Below are positions 9,332 to 20,339 of a stretch of DNA of 64,000 nucleotides, in pieces; the stretch's first letter is position 1, and each line of letters begins with the position of its first letter. Source of the DNA: a bacterium (GTDB lineage: Bacteria; UBA8248). Where the stretch lies: positions 3,520,001-3,584,000 of the forward strand of contig OY843592.1 in NCBI GenBank assembly GCA_963692865.2, given 5' to 3'. The position numbers and the translations under genes were made by a program. The notes beneath the pieces were generated by a model that had not been told where the DNA came from, did no database searches, and saw nothing but the letters and a program-made list of their open reading frames with translations.

Positions 9332-11188
9332 TCAACGCGCCGCATCCCATGAAGCCGCCTTCGAACGGTCGCCATGCAGATAGCGGCGCACTTCCCTTGC
9401 GGCGTCCAGAACCCTATCGCCTATCGTCCGATTTCCGTTCTCCACCTCGGCTCGAACGCCGACCCGTGGGCGCGAATCCGCCACCTGCAGGATTCTGGCT
9501 CCCTGCGGCGGCACGCGCATGTAGCGCAGCGCCTGCCAGGCGATGCGCCGCCAAACCGGCGCCGCGACCGTCCCCCCCCACGCGCCACCGGGCGCCTTCC
9601 CCTCATCGAAAATCACGATGAGGGCGAAGCGGGGGTTCTCGTAGGGAGCGAAACCCACGAACGACATGATGAATTTCGAGCGGCTGTAGCCTCTTTGGCC
9701 CGGGAGAACCTTCTGCGCCGTACCCGTTTTCCCCGCGGCGCCGTAACCCGGAATTTCGGCCCTCCTCCCCGTGCCCTCGGCCACGACCTTCCTCATCAAA
9801 GCGCCGAGGCGCTGCGCCACGCGGCGCGAGACGACGCGCCTGAACTGCGGTCCCTGGGCCGGAAGCGTCTCCTTTCCGCCGCGTTCGACGGCATCGTGCA
9901 GAACGGGCCTGGCCATCAGGCCGCCGTTCGCCACCGCGGCCGCGGCCATCACCATTTGAAGCGGGGTGACACCCACTTCCTGGCCGATGGATACCGACGC
10001 CAACGAAATTCCGGACCACTTCTCCGGCGAGCGGAGCACGCCCCGGGCCTCTCCGGGGAAATTGACTCCCGTCTCCCGGCCGAAACCGAACCGGTGCGCC
10101 ATGAAATAGAGCCGGCGCCTGCCCAACTCCCGCGCCATCTTGTAGGTGCCGATGTTCGAGGATTTCACAATCACCTGCTCGGCGGTGAGCCAGCCGTATT
10201 TCTTGTAATCGTGGAGGGTATGGCGTCCCCGACCGGTCCGGTAGGAACCGTTTTCGGCGAAATATCTCTTGGTGAGCGACTTGCCCGCGTCCAGATAAGC
10301 CGCCGCCGTGACGATCTTGAACGTCGAGCCGGGTTCGTAGAACTCCTGGACGGCGGGCTCCTTCCAGAGGAACGCGCCATACCGTTCATAGGTGTTCGGG
10401 TTAAAGCCCGGCACGGACGCCAGGGCCAGAATCCTTCCGCTGCGGGGTTCGACCATCACCCCGATGGCGCGCCGCGCGCCCACCCGGCGCACCTGGGCGC
10501 TCAATTCCTTTTCGACGATATACTGAAGCACCTCGTCAATCGTTAGGCGAACGTCCGCGCCCGGACGCGGCGCCACGATTACCCGCGACTCGGGGTGAAC
10601 CGACCTGCCCTTCGCGTCGCGCTCGATGCGGATGCGGCCCACGCGGCCGCCCATGTGCTTTTGGTAGGATTGCTCCACGCCGTACATGCCCGCGTCATCG
10701 ACGCCGACGAAACCGACCAGAGACGACGCAAGCTCGCGCTTGGGATAAAACCGCCTGCTCTCAATGACGAAGCCCAGGCCGTCGATCCCCAGTTTTTCGA
10801 TTTTTCGTTGTTGATCGGGATTGATCTTCCGCTTGAGCCATACGTATTTTCGGCGGCCGCTCAATTTTTCGAGATAATCTTCCGTCGAGCCGCCCAGAAT
10901 TTCCTTGAGCGCCAGCGAGGTGTTCCGGGGGTCGGCCACTACCCTGGCGTTGGCGAAAAGAGAGGGCGCGTTGATGCTCACCGCCAAAGGCCGGCCCCTC
11001 GCGTCCACGACGTCCCCGCGCCTGGGGCGCACGACGAGCGTGCGGCGCAACTGGCGCTCCGCATAAGCTACGAGGTAATCCCGGTCGCGGATCTGGATGA
11101 TGAAGAGCTTGACGCCCAACGGACAAAATCCAAAAACCACCAACAAGGAGCCGCAAATCATCAAGCGGCGGGTGAAGCCCTGCTTCAT
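9332..11188 (-). CDS. ftsI: Class B penicillin-binding protein (PBP3)
   Basis: N-terminal TM, STFK (SxxK), SSN (SxN), KTGT motifs; dcw position. Confidence 0.94.
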   Translation of the reverse strand: MKQGFTRRLMICGSLLVVFGFCPLGVKLFIIQIRDRDYLVAYAERQLRRTLVVRPRRGDVVDARGRPLAVSINAPSLFANARVVADPRNTSLALKEILGGSTEDYLEKLSGRRKYVWLKRKINPDQQRKIEKLGIDGLGFVIESRRFYPKRELASSLVGFVGVDDAGMYGVEQSYQKHMGGRVGRIRIERDAKGRSVHPESRVIVAPRPGADVRLTIDEVLQYIVEKELSAQVRRVGARRAIGVMVEPRSGRILALASVPGFNPNTYERYGAFLWKEPAVQEFYEPGSTFKIVTAAAYLDAGKSLTKRYFAENGSYRTGRGRHTLHDYKKYGWLTAEQVIVKSSNIGTYKMARELGRRRLYFMAHRFGFGRETGVNFPGEARGVLRSPEKWSGISLASVSIGQEVGVTPLQMVMAAAAVANGGLMARPVLHDAVERGGKETLPAQGPQFRRVVSRRVAQRLGALMRKVVAEGTGRRAEIPGYGAAGKTGTAQKVLPGQRGYSRSKFIMSFVGFAPYENPRFALIVIFDEGKAPGGAWGGTVAAPVWRRIAWQALRYMRVPPQGARILQVADSRPRVGVRAEVENGNRTIGDRVLDAAREVRRYLHGDRSKAASWDAAR

Positions 11189-11225
11189 GGGCCAACCTGC
11201 TATGGGCGGGAGGAGGAAGGTATGG

Positions 11226-11588
11226 TTATTCTACGCTTCCGGGCCCTAGTCTTACATACACTATTTGCCCGGGATACGGAAAAACCATCTCCATTTTTTT
11301 TCGCGCAATCGACTCGATGCGATCCAGCTGACGAAGCGCGGCCACTTCGATCCGCAAGACGCGCCTGTCCTGCAAGAGTTTTGCTTTCTGGCGCTCCAGG
11401 CGCGCCAGGCGATACCCGATCTTCACCATTTCCAGATGGGGCCACACCAGCGCGGCGGCGCTGCACGCGATGAAAGCAATGCACAGGCCGGCCCTGAGCA
11501 GCGAGACGCCCGAGCCGACGGACGTCTTGCCGGAAAAACGCGCGCTGAACCCCTTTCGCCATCCATTCCGGGTTTTCGAGCGCCTCAT
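11226..11588 (-). CDS. ftsL: Cell division protein FtsL
   Basis: Single TM followed by leucine-zipper-like region ending RIESIARKKMEM; lies between rsmH and ftsI. Confidence 0.85.
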   Translation of the reverse strand: MRRSKTRNGWRKGFSARFSGKTSVGSGVSLLRAGLCIAFIACSAAALVWPHLEMVKIGYRLARLERQKAKLLQDRRVLRIEVAALRQLDRIESIARKKMEMVFPYPGQIVYVRLGPGSVE

Positions 11589-12508
11589 CCCCCGGCCCCC
11601 CCGAGGCGTTCGGCGGCGCGCAGTTTCGCGCTGCGGCTGCGCGGGTTTTCCCTCACTTGCGACTCATCGGGCCGAACGACCCGCCGCGTGAGGATTTCGA
11701 GGGTCGGCTCCTCGCCGCCGGAGAGCTCGCGAAAAAGGTTCTTGACGATTCTGTCTTCGAGTGAATGAAAGCTGATGACGACGATGCGCCCGCCCGGGCG
11801 CAGAAGGTACACCGCGTCGCGCAAGGAATCCTCGAGCGTCTCCATCTCGCGGTTCACGGCGACCCGCAGCGCCTGGAACGTCCGGGTTGCGGGGTGAATG
11901 CGCCAACGCCTCCCGCGGCGGCCGCTCCTTCTGGCGGCGACCGCGGCGATGAGCGATGCGAGTTCGTCGCAACGCCTCACGCCTCCATCCGCGCGCGCCC
12001 GTCCGATGGCGCGCGCGATGGCGCGGGAGTGGCGCTCTTCCCCATATCGATAGATGAGATCGGCGAGTTCTTCTTCCGGCAATTGCTCGATCAAATCGGC
12101 CGCGGTCGGCCCCTGCGTCCGGTCCATTCGCATGTCCAGAGGCTCGGGCGCGTTCATACGGAACCCGCGGCCGGGCGTGTCGAGCTGCATCGAGGAAAGG
12201 CCGAGGTCGAACAAAACGCCGTCGACCGACTCATACCCCTCGGCCCGCACGATGCGCTTCATTTCGCCATGATGCGCATGATGAATTCTGGCGGCTGACC
12301 CGTATTTCGCCAGCCGCTCCCTGCAGATGTCGACGGCATCCCGGTCCCGGTCACAGCCGATCAGCACACCCGATGGCTGAACCGCATCCAAAACCGCCTC
12401 ACCGTGTCCCCCTCCGCCCAAGGTAGTATCTAAGAACACGGCGCCCGGAGATGGCGCCAGGAAGCGCAAGACCTCCTGAACCATGACCGGGACGTGAGAC
12501 GCCGTCAT
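11585..12508 (-). CDS. rsmH: 16S rRNA m4C1402 methyltransferase
   Basis: HVPVM, TLGGGGH, DLGLSSMQLD, FHSLEDR, NPRSRSAKLR. Confidence 0.97.
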   Translation of the reverse strand: MTASHVPVMVQEVLRFLAPSPGAVFLDTTLGGGGHGEAVLDAVQPSGVLIGCDRDRDAVDICRERLAKYGSAARIHHAHHGEMKRIVRAEGYESVDGVLFDLGLSSMQLDTPGRGFRMNAPEPLDMRMDRTQGPTAADLIEQLPEEELADLIYRYGEERHSRAIARAIGRARADGGVRRCDELASLIAAVAARRSGRRGRRWRIHPATRTFQALRVAVNREMETLEDSLRDAVYLLRPGGRIVVISFHSLEDRIVKNLFRELSGGEEPTLEILTRRVVRPDESQVRENPRSRSAKLRAAERLGGAGG

Positions 12509-12607
12509 GTTCACGCTCTCACCGCAAAAGTCGTCCTCAGCGGCGCATTCGTTTGAAATTGGTTTTTCCAGTGCGGCAAACACCCCCGCTCCCCCCATGA
12601 GCCCGCA

Positions 12608-13066
12608 TCAGAATTCGAATTCGATCAAATCTTCTGCGGACTCCTCATCGACGGCCCCGGATTCCCCATTTTCCACTTCACCCATTTCTTCATTCCATTT
12701 CGCCTTGTCCCAAATCTCCAGCCTGTTTTCGATACCCGCTACGATTGCGTCCTTCTCGATGGAAGTTTTCGCGCGCAAATCGGCGGGCAAGAGAATCCTG
12801 CCCTGCCGGTCGAACTCGCACGATTCGGCGCGGCCATAGAGCCTGCGGAGCGTGCGGCGAACCTCTTTCGACGCCGTAGAGAGCTCCTTGAGTTTCTCGC
12901 TGAACTTGCGTTTCCATTCCTGCGCGGGATAGACGAATATGCAGCCGTCCTTGTTGATGAGAACGACCTGCTCGCCGTAAGTGGCGCTCAGATGCTCCCT
13001 GTACCGCGCCGGGATGTTGACGCGGCCTTTTGCATCCACCGATACCGGATGGGCGCTGATGAGCAT
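12608..13066 (-). CDS. mraZ: Division/cell wall cluster repressor MraZ
   Basis: Two DxxGR repeats (DAKGRV, DRQGRI), LEIWD; first gene of the dcw cluster; GGAGG RBS. Confidence 0.95.
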   Translation of the reverse strand: MLISAHPVSVDAKGRVNIPARYREHLSATYGEQVVLINKDGCIFVYPAQEWKRKFSEKLKELSTASKEVRRTLRRLYGRAESCEFDRQGRILLPADLRAKTSIEKDAIVAGIENRLEIWDKAKWNEEMGEVENGESGAVDEESAEDLIEFEF

Positions 13067-13079
13067 CCTGACTGCACCT

Positions 13080-13104
13080 CCCACTTTACCCCATATTTTC
13101 CCAC
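13080..13104 (-). promoter_or_regulatory. MraZ-binding repeats (3 x TGGG, 10-bp period)
   Basis: Minus strand reads GTGGGAAAAT ATGGGGTAAA GTGGGAGG directly upstream of mraZ, matching the known TGGGN direct-repeat MraZ operator architecture. Confidence 0.8.
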
Positions 13105-13115
13105 TTAGATTTCTT

Positions 13116-13144
13116 CTTATATCCCGGCACGAGAAGCCTGTCAA
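13116..13144 (-). promoter_or_regulatory. sigma70-type promoter of mraZ/dcw
   Basis: TTGACA-17 bp-TATAAG on the minus strand, just upstream of the MraZ boxes. Confidence 0.75.
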
Positions 13145-13541
13145 CACGAAAATTCGAAAAAGTGAGAAAAAACAATGATTTCTATCATTAAAAAGCAAGG
13201 AGTATGTCAAATTTTTTACGTCAGTATCAGCCATAAAATATAATGTATTACTTTAATAAAATAATTTTAATTTATTGAAATTAAATTAAAATTAAAGTTT
13301 AGGTGGGTTGTAGTGGGGAAATTTTAGAAAAGAAGAAGCGAGAAAAATCTTTTACCATGATGAGAAAAGAACGAGCGGCACGGTTTCGACGATCACGCTT
13401 GCGGCGCAGGGGCGCGCGCGTGAATCATCCACGGAACGCTTCGATGGGTGGGCAAGACGAAGAGGGGCGCGAGTTTCCCCTATCGAGAATCCGCCTTTTG
13501 GGCCAGAACCAAATCCGGAGACCAGGCCCGGCTAAGGAAAA

Positions 13542-14414
13542 TCAGAAGCAATGCTCTTCTGCGGGAAACGCGCCTTCCCGCACCTCCCGGCAGTAGCGCT
13601 CCATCGCCTCCGTGGTCATTCGCCCGACGTCGGCATACACCTTAACGAACTTCGGCGTGAAATCGCTGAACAGGCGAAGCATGTCGTGGGTGACGAGCAC
13701 CTGGCCGTCGCAATCGGGGCCCGCGCCGATGCCGATGGTGGGAATGTCGATCTCCCGCGTCACGCGCGCGCCCAGGGCCGCCGGTATGCCTTCGAGCACG
13801 AGGGAGAACGCGCCGCCCTCCTGCACGGCCACCGCGTCGCGCAGCACCTGATCCGCCCCTTCATCGGTTTTCCCCTGCACCTTGAAGCCGCCGAACGCAT
13901 GGACGCTCTGGGGGGTGAGGCCCACGTGCCCCATCACGGGAATCTGGCTTTCCACCACCGCGCGAATCTCGTCCTTGACGCGGACGCCGCCTTCGAGCTT
14001 CACCGCCTCGGCGCAGCCCTCCTGAATGAGGCGGCCCGCGTTCAGGACGGTATCGCGCGCGCTGACGCCGAAGCTCAGGAACGGCAGGTCGGCCACGAGC
14101 AGCGCCCTGGGGTTCGCGCGGCTCACCGCCCGGGTGTGGTGCGCCATGTCGTCGAGGGTCACCTTCGTCGTGTCGGGATAGCCCAATACCACCATCCCGA
14201 GGCTGTCGCCGACCAGGATGACGTCCACGTCGGCGCCGTCCACGAGTTTCGCCGTGGGGTAGTCGTACGCGGTGACGGAGGTGATCTTCTTCCCGCCCTT
14301 GCGCGCCCGAATGGTGGCGGCCGTGACCTTTCTGCGCGTTTTCTTGTGCGCGCCGTTTCCGTTGATGGGATTGCTACCGTTGGAATAGAACTTCTCGAGG
14401 CTTTTCGTGCTCAT
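13542..14414 (-). CDS. panB: 3-methyl-2-oxobutanoate hydroxymethyltransferase
   Basis: TAYDY, LVGDSLGM, KLEGG, GHVGLTPQ, GIGAG..CDGQVLV. Confidence 0.97.
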   Translation of the reverse strand: MSTKSLEKFYSNGSNPINGNGAHKKTRRKVTAATIRARKGGKKITSVTAYDYPTAKLVDGADVDVILVGDSLGMVVLGYPDTTKVTLDDMAHHTRAVSRANPRALLVADLPFLSFGVSARDTVLNAGRLIQEGCAEAVKLEGGVRVKDEIRAVVESQIPVMGHVGLTPQSVHAFGGFKVQGKTDEGADQVLRDAVAVQEGGAFSLVLEGIPAALGARVTREIDIPTIGIGAGPDCDGQVLVTHDMLRLFSDFTPKFVKVYADVGRMTTEAMERYCREVREGAFPAEEHCF

Positions 14415-14519
14415 GGTCGCTCCCTCTCTGGGTGAACGCCTGCTTCCGGGTTGATTTCGATGCTTTATTGCTCTGTTAAAGTGTCCAGGGCGCAAGGCTC
14501 CCGGCACGTCTTGCCAAGA

Positions 14520-15518
14520 TTATGCACTCTCCCCCTCGCCGTCAAGGCGCGAATCGCTTTCCGCGCCGTGTGAGGAGGAATCTTTTTCAAGAGACAATAT
14601 CCGATAATACAACGATTTATGGGCCGAAAACAAGACGCCGCGCGCATCCGCGCGCTCGATGAAGCGCCCCGTCACCTCGCGTATCTCGCTCCGGCGGCCC
14701 CGCATCAAATCCTGCCACATGGAATTTCTGTTGCCGGCCGTGGCGCGGGCGGTTTCCCGGACGATCTCCAGAGCGTCGAGCGCCATGCCTTCCGAGTCGA
14801 TGAGCGCCTGCAACTCCCTCGCCAGGGCGTCCACGAGCACCGCGGCGGAGGGAGTTTCCAGCAACTCGCCGTTTCTGAGTTCCAGCGCGGCTCCCAGGGG
14901 GTTGATGACGGCGTTGGCCACCGCCTTTCGCCATTCCGCCTCCTTGCCGTCGCGCTCTTCGCGGACGCGAATCCCCAGAGGCTCCAGGAATTCGGCCAGT
15001 CGCCCCACGAGCGGGGCGTCGTCCGCTGTTCCCGGCTCGGGCGCCAGGGCGACGTCCAGCGCGCCGAACTGGTTCACGCGCCCCGGTTTCGTGATCTCCG
15101 CCCCCGTGCCCACGAGACCCCGCACGACCCCGCCCTCCCGGAAAGAGGGCGGGAGGTCCTTGCAGACGTCCAGTCCGTTCGAGAAAACGACCGTGATGGT
15201 TCCCTCGCCCGTCATCCCGGAGAATTCCTCCGCCGCCTCTGCGATTCGACCCGCTTTCACGGTGAAGAAAAGGTGCGAGGCCGTGAGGTCGAGGGCTCCC
15301 CTGCATACCCGTGGCCGGGCGGCATAGGCCGCCTCGCCGTGGACGTGGACGCCGCCTTTCTCGATTTCATCCAAATGCGCGGAGGTTTCCGGGCCCGGAT
15401 TGGCGGAACCCGCCAGATAAACGCGGCCCTCGGGGAGGTGCTTCTGCAACTGCGCCGCAAGCATGGTTCCCACGGCGCCGGGGCCTGCGACGACGACGGG
15501 GCGAGTATCCTTTGCCAA
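14520..15518 (-). CDS. panE: Ketopantoate reductase family protein
   Basis: GPGAVG Rossmann motif, TVK, NGL, WRKAVANAVINP, SMWQD..GRRSE; adjacent to panB. Confidence 0.85.
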   Translation of the reverse strand: MAKDTRPVVVAGPGAVGTMLAAQLQKHLPEGRVYLAGSANPGPETSAHLDEIEKGGVHVHGEAAYAARPRVCRGALDLTASHLFFTVKAGRIAEAAEEFSGMTGEGTITVVFSNGLDVCKDLPPSFREGGVVRGLVGTGAEITKPGRVNQFGALDVALAPEPGTADDAPLVGRLAEFLEPLGIRVREERDGKEAEWRKAVANAVINPLGAALELRNGELLETPSAAVLVDALARELQALIDSEGMALDALEIVRETARATAGNRNSMWQDLMRGRRSEIREVTGRFIERADARGVLFSAHKSLYYRILSLEKDSSSHGAESDSRLDGEGESA

Positions 15519-15527
15519 GGGTCGCGC

Positions 15528-16388
15528 CTAGCCGCCCAGGGAGCGCCAGAGAAGCAATACGCCCACAAAGATGAAGACGAAGGCGAGAAACACCTTCATC
15601 TTCTCGCCGTCGACGCGGTTGTTGATGAAGGGCGATATCTGGCCGCCGCAGGCGACCGCGGGGATCGTCATGAACAGGATGTTCCAGTGCACGTCCACCT
15701 CGCCGGATGAGAACACGTAGGCGTGCACCAGGGTGGCGGGCAGCACCGTCGCGAAGACGATCAGAATCCCCGTGCCCACCGCCACGCGGACGGGCAGCTT
15801 GTCCTTCACGATCAGGGCGGTGGTCGTGAGCTCGCCGATGCCGATGCCCGTAAACCCCACGAGAACACCTCCCAGGGCCGACCAGCCATGGCCGAAGGCT
15901 CCATGCTCGTAGCGATACCAGTACCTCCTGCCCGCCGCGTCCATCCGGGTTGGTTTTCCGGTTCCCTCGGACTGTTCCGCTTCCTGGATGCCGCCCTGAA
16001 AATATGCGAAGAGCATGGCGACGGAGAGAAACACCATCATCCCGCCCAGAAGGCCCAGAATCAGCCCGGCGGGCACCGAGTGGGCCAGAAAACCGAACGC
16101 CATGCCCACGGGGACGGACACGACGAGCACCTTTTTGGCGATGGAGTAATCGACCAGCCTTCTCCTCATGTAGCCGGTGAGCGCGCTGCCGAAACCGAAA
16201 ATCTCGATGGAAAGCGCGAGAAAAACGGCCTCCAGGGGGACGATGGTCACCCCCGCCGCCCAGGGGAAGAGAAGGATGAAAATGGGCGCGAAGAAAACCG
16301 CGCCCTCCACGCTCGTGCTCGTCGCCGTGAGGCACACGCAAAACGCGACGGGCAGCATCCACCAGAACTCGAAAACGTATTCGATCAC
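15528..16388 (-). CDS. TauE/SafE (sulfite exporter-like) family membrane protein
   Basis: Multi-TM with two repeats, VEGAVFFAP and GFTGIGIG / AVGT motifs. Confidence 0.75.
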   Translation of the reverse strand: MIEYVFEFWWMLPVAFCVCLTATSTSVEGAVFFAPIFILLFPWAAGVTIVPLEAVFLALSIEIFGFGSALTGYMRRRLVDYSIAKKVLVVSVPVGMAFGFLAHSVPAGLILGLLGGMMVFLSVAMLFAYFQGGIQEAEQSEGTGKPTRMDAAGRRYWYRYEHGAFGHGWSALGGVLVGFTGIGIGELTTTALIVKDKLPVRVAVGTGILIVFATVLPATLVHAYVFSSGEVDVHWNILFMTIPAVACGGQISPFINNRVDGEKMKVFLAFVFIFVGVLLLWRSLGG

Positions 16389-16481
16389 GACGCAGGTCTT
16401 CCTTTATGACGAACCCATGAGGACCAGATGATCAATATCGAATTGTTCGGGGACTGAGCGGGAAGGCGGCTTGAAACGCCG

Positions 16482-17360
16482 TCAGGGCGCAACGCTTCCC
16501 CGGCGGATGGCCTCGCCCATGCGCGCCGCCTCGACGGCCTCCCCCACGTCGTGGGTGCGAATCACGTCCGCACCGACGACGACGGCGAAGGCCTCGGCGA
16601 CCTTCGAGCCGATCAGCCGCTCCCCGGCCGCCTCGACGCCCGTGATCGCCCCGATGAAACCCTTTCTCGAAACGCCGACGATAAGGGGCCGGCCCAATTC
16701 CCTCAACGCATCCAGCCGCCTCAATATCTCGAGGTTGTGATCCCAGGATTTCCCGAAACCGACGCCCGGGTCGATGAATACCGAGCGTATACCGTCGCGC
16801 TCGGCCAGTTGCGCGCTTTCGCGCAGACAGTCCGACAACTCGCCCATGAGGTCCGCGTATTCAGGATTCTCCTGCATCGTGCGCGGCTCGCCCTTCATGT
16901 GCATGGCGACGGCCGCCGCGCCGGACTCGGCAATCACCGCGCGCATCCCGGGATCGCGAAGGCCCGTAACGTCGTTCACGATGTGAGCGCCCGCCTCGAG
17001 CGCCGCCCGCGCCACGCCGGCCTTGGACGTATCGACCGAGACGAGAGGACCGTCTTCCATGTCCATCCGCTCTAAAATCGGAATAATCCGCCGGATTTCC
17101 TCCGCCTCGTCCACACCGCTCGAGCCGGGACGGGTGCTCTCGCCGCCGATGTCGATGACGTCGGCTCCCTCATCCCTCATGCGCGCGATTTGATCGAGCG
17201 CCGCGTGGAGGTCGAAAAACGCTCCGCCGTCGGAAAAGCTGTCGGGCGTGGCGTTCAGGACGCCCATGATGCGAACCTGCTCGAAATCAAGCTCGCGTCC
17301 GCGGCACTTCACGGCGGGCGCGGGAGTCCATTTCGCAGGCGCGAAGCGCAGGCCCTCCAT
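16482..17360 (-). CDS. folP: Dihydropteroate synthase
   Basis: MGVLNATPDSFSDGG, GGESTRPG, DPGVGFGK, GVSRK, RTHDV. Confidence 0.97.
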   Translation of the reverse strand: MEGLRFAPAKWTPAPAVKCRGRELDFEQVRIMGVLNATPDSFSDGGAFFDLHAALDQIARMRDEGADVIDIGGESTRPGSSGVDEAEEIRRIIPILERMDMEDGPLVSVDTSKAGVARAALEAGAHIVNDVTGLRDPGMRAVIAESGAAAVAMHMKGEPRTMQENPEYADLMGELSDCLRESAQLAERDGIRSVFIDPGVGFGKSWDHNLEILRRLDALRELGRPLIVGVSRKGFIGAITGVEAAGERLIGSKVAEAFAVVVGADVIRTHDVGEAVEAARMGEAIRRGSVAP

Positions 17361-18793
17361 CACGGGAGCGCCTCGGGCGGAAACGCGCTGCCGCTCTCCA
17401 CGATGCGCTCCTCGCCCACCCAGCGGCGCCTGAGTTCTCCGGCCAGGAACATCGACCCGGTGACGACGATGAGGTCGTTCTCCCCGGCCTCCCCTAGCGC
17501 CTCGTCGAGCGCCCCCCATGCGTCGATGCGCGTCTCCACATTGCCTGCGCCCGCCTCAAGGAGAGCGCGCGCAAAAACTTCCGGCGCGAGGCCGGGTCTC
17601 GGCGCGCTCGCCGGAGGGAGCGTGACGAAAAACTTGTCTCCAACGGGAGCGAACGCCTCCGCCATCCCGGCGTAATCCTTGTCGTTCACCGCCCCGAGAA
17701 CGAAGACGAGGCGCTCGAACGTCCAGCACGAGACGCCCTCCACCAGCGCCTGCGCCTTGTCGCGGTTGTGCGCGCCGTCGAGCAGAACGCGCGGGCCGGT
17801 CTGCGCCACCTCCATCCGGCACGGCAGACGCGCCGAAGCGACGCCCCGGCGCACCTCCTGTTCTCTCAGCCCCAGAAGTCGGCCTGCGCCGGCGGCGAGG
17901 CCCGCGTTTTGCGCCTGATGGACGCCGGGCATGGCCGTCGAGAGGCCTTCCCAACGGAGGCCGTCGTCGAACGCCAAGTCGAAACCAGCGCCGTCGGGGC
18001 GCAAGGCCAGGTTCTCCACGCGGGGCGGAGAAAACAAGGCGGCTTCACGCTCATGGGCGACGCGCTTGATTTCGGCGCGCGCATCGGGCGGGACGGTTTG
18101 CAAGACGACGCGGCCTTTTTCCGTGATGATGCCGGCCTTGTCCCGCGCGATCTGCGCGATGGAATCACCGAGCAGATCGGTGTGGTCCAGGCCGATAGAG
18201 GTGATTACGTCGAGGACGGCGGGACCCACGGCGTTCGTGGCGTCGAACGCGCCGCCCAGCCCCGCTTCGAGTACGAGGTATTCACACTCCTCCTCCCTGG
18301 CCATCAAGAGCAAAAGCGCGAGCGTCGACTCGAAAAACGAGGGCGGCCCGAACTCGGCCTCTCCCGCCATCTGCGCGGCGGCGTCGGCGAGTTCTTTCGC
18401 GCACCGCCCGATGAGGCCCGCCTCGGCGAAGCGGCCCCGGATCCAGAAACGCTCGATTATCGAGGTGAGATGGGGGGAGAAAAAGGCCGCCGTTTTCTTG
18501 CCGGTCGCAAGGAGGGACTGCGCCATCATGAGCGCGGTGGAACCCTTGCCGCTCGTTCCCACGACGTGGACCACCGACTGCTCAGCCCCGGGAACTCCGA
18601 GGATTTCATACAATCTGGCGGCCCGGGTGAGCCCCGGCCCTTCCACCTTGATGCCGCGCGGGTCGAGGCGCGTGCGCCAGGATTTCTTGGGCAGCGCGGC
18701 CAGGGCGCTCAGAAAAACCTCCACCCGCCGCAGCGTTTCCATGGGCGCGAGGGAATCTTCCAGAACGGGAGGGGCGAGGATGTTTTGGGGCAT
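17360..18793 (-). CDS. folC: Folylpolyglutamate synthase/dihydrofolate synthase
   Basis: VGTSGKGST, FSPHL, EAGLGGAFDATN, DGAHN, VTGSMFL. Confidence 0.9.
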   Translation of the reverse strand: MPQNILAPPVLEDSLAPMETLRRVEVFLSALAALPKKSWRTRLDPRGIKVEGPGLTRAARLYEILGVPGAEQSVVHVVGTSGKGSTALMMAQSLLATGKKTAAFFSPHLTSIIERFWIRGRFAEAGLIGRCAKELADAAAQMAGEAEFGPPSFFESTLALLLLMAREEECEYLVLEAGLGGAFDATNAVGPAVLDVITSIGLDHTDLLGDSIAQIARDKAGIITEKGRVVLQTVPPDARAEIKRVAHEREAALFSPPRVENLALRPDGAGFDLAFDDGLRWEGLSTAMPGVHQAQNAGLAAGAGRLLGLREQEVRRGVASARLPCRMEVAQTGPRVLLDGAHNRDKAQALVEGVSCWTFERLVFVLGAVNDKDYAGMAEAFAPVGDKFFVTLPPASAPRPGLAPEVFARALLEAGAGNVETRIDAWGALDEALGEAGENDLIVVTGSMFLAGELRRRWVGEERIVESGSAFPPEALP

Positions 18794-18794
18794 C

Positions 18795-20336
<1,542 letters not shown>

Positions 20337-20339
20337 GGG

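Noticed and set aside
13235-13262. ATAATGTATTA resembling a dif core
   Set aside because: No XerD arm (TTATGTTAAAT); explained by the AT-rich promoter region
14415-14519. Possible pan RNA motif upstream of panB
   Set aside because: Could not identify the paired stems by eye; an Infernal search would be needed
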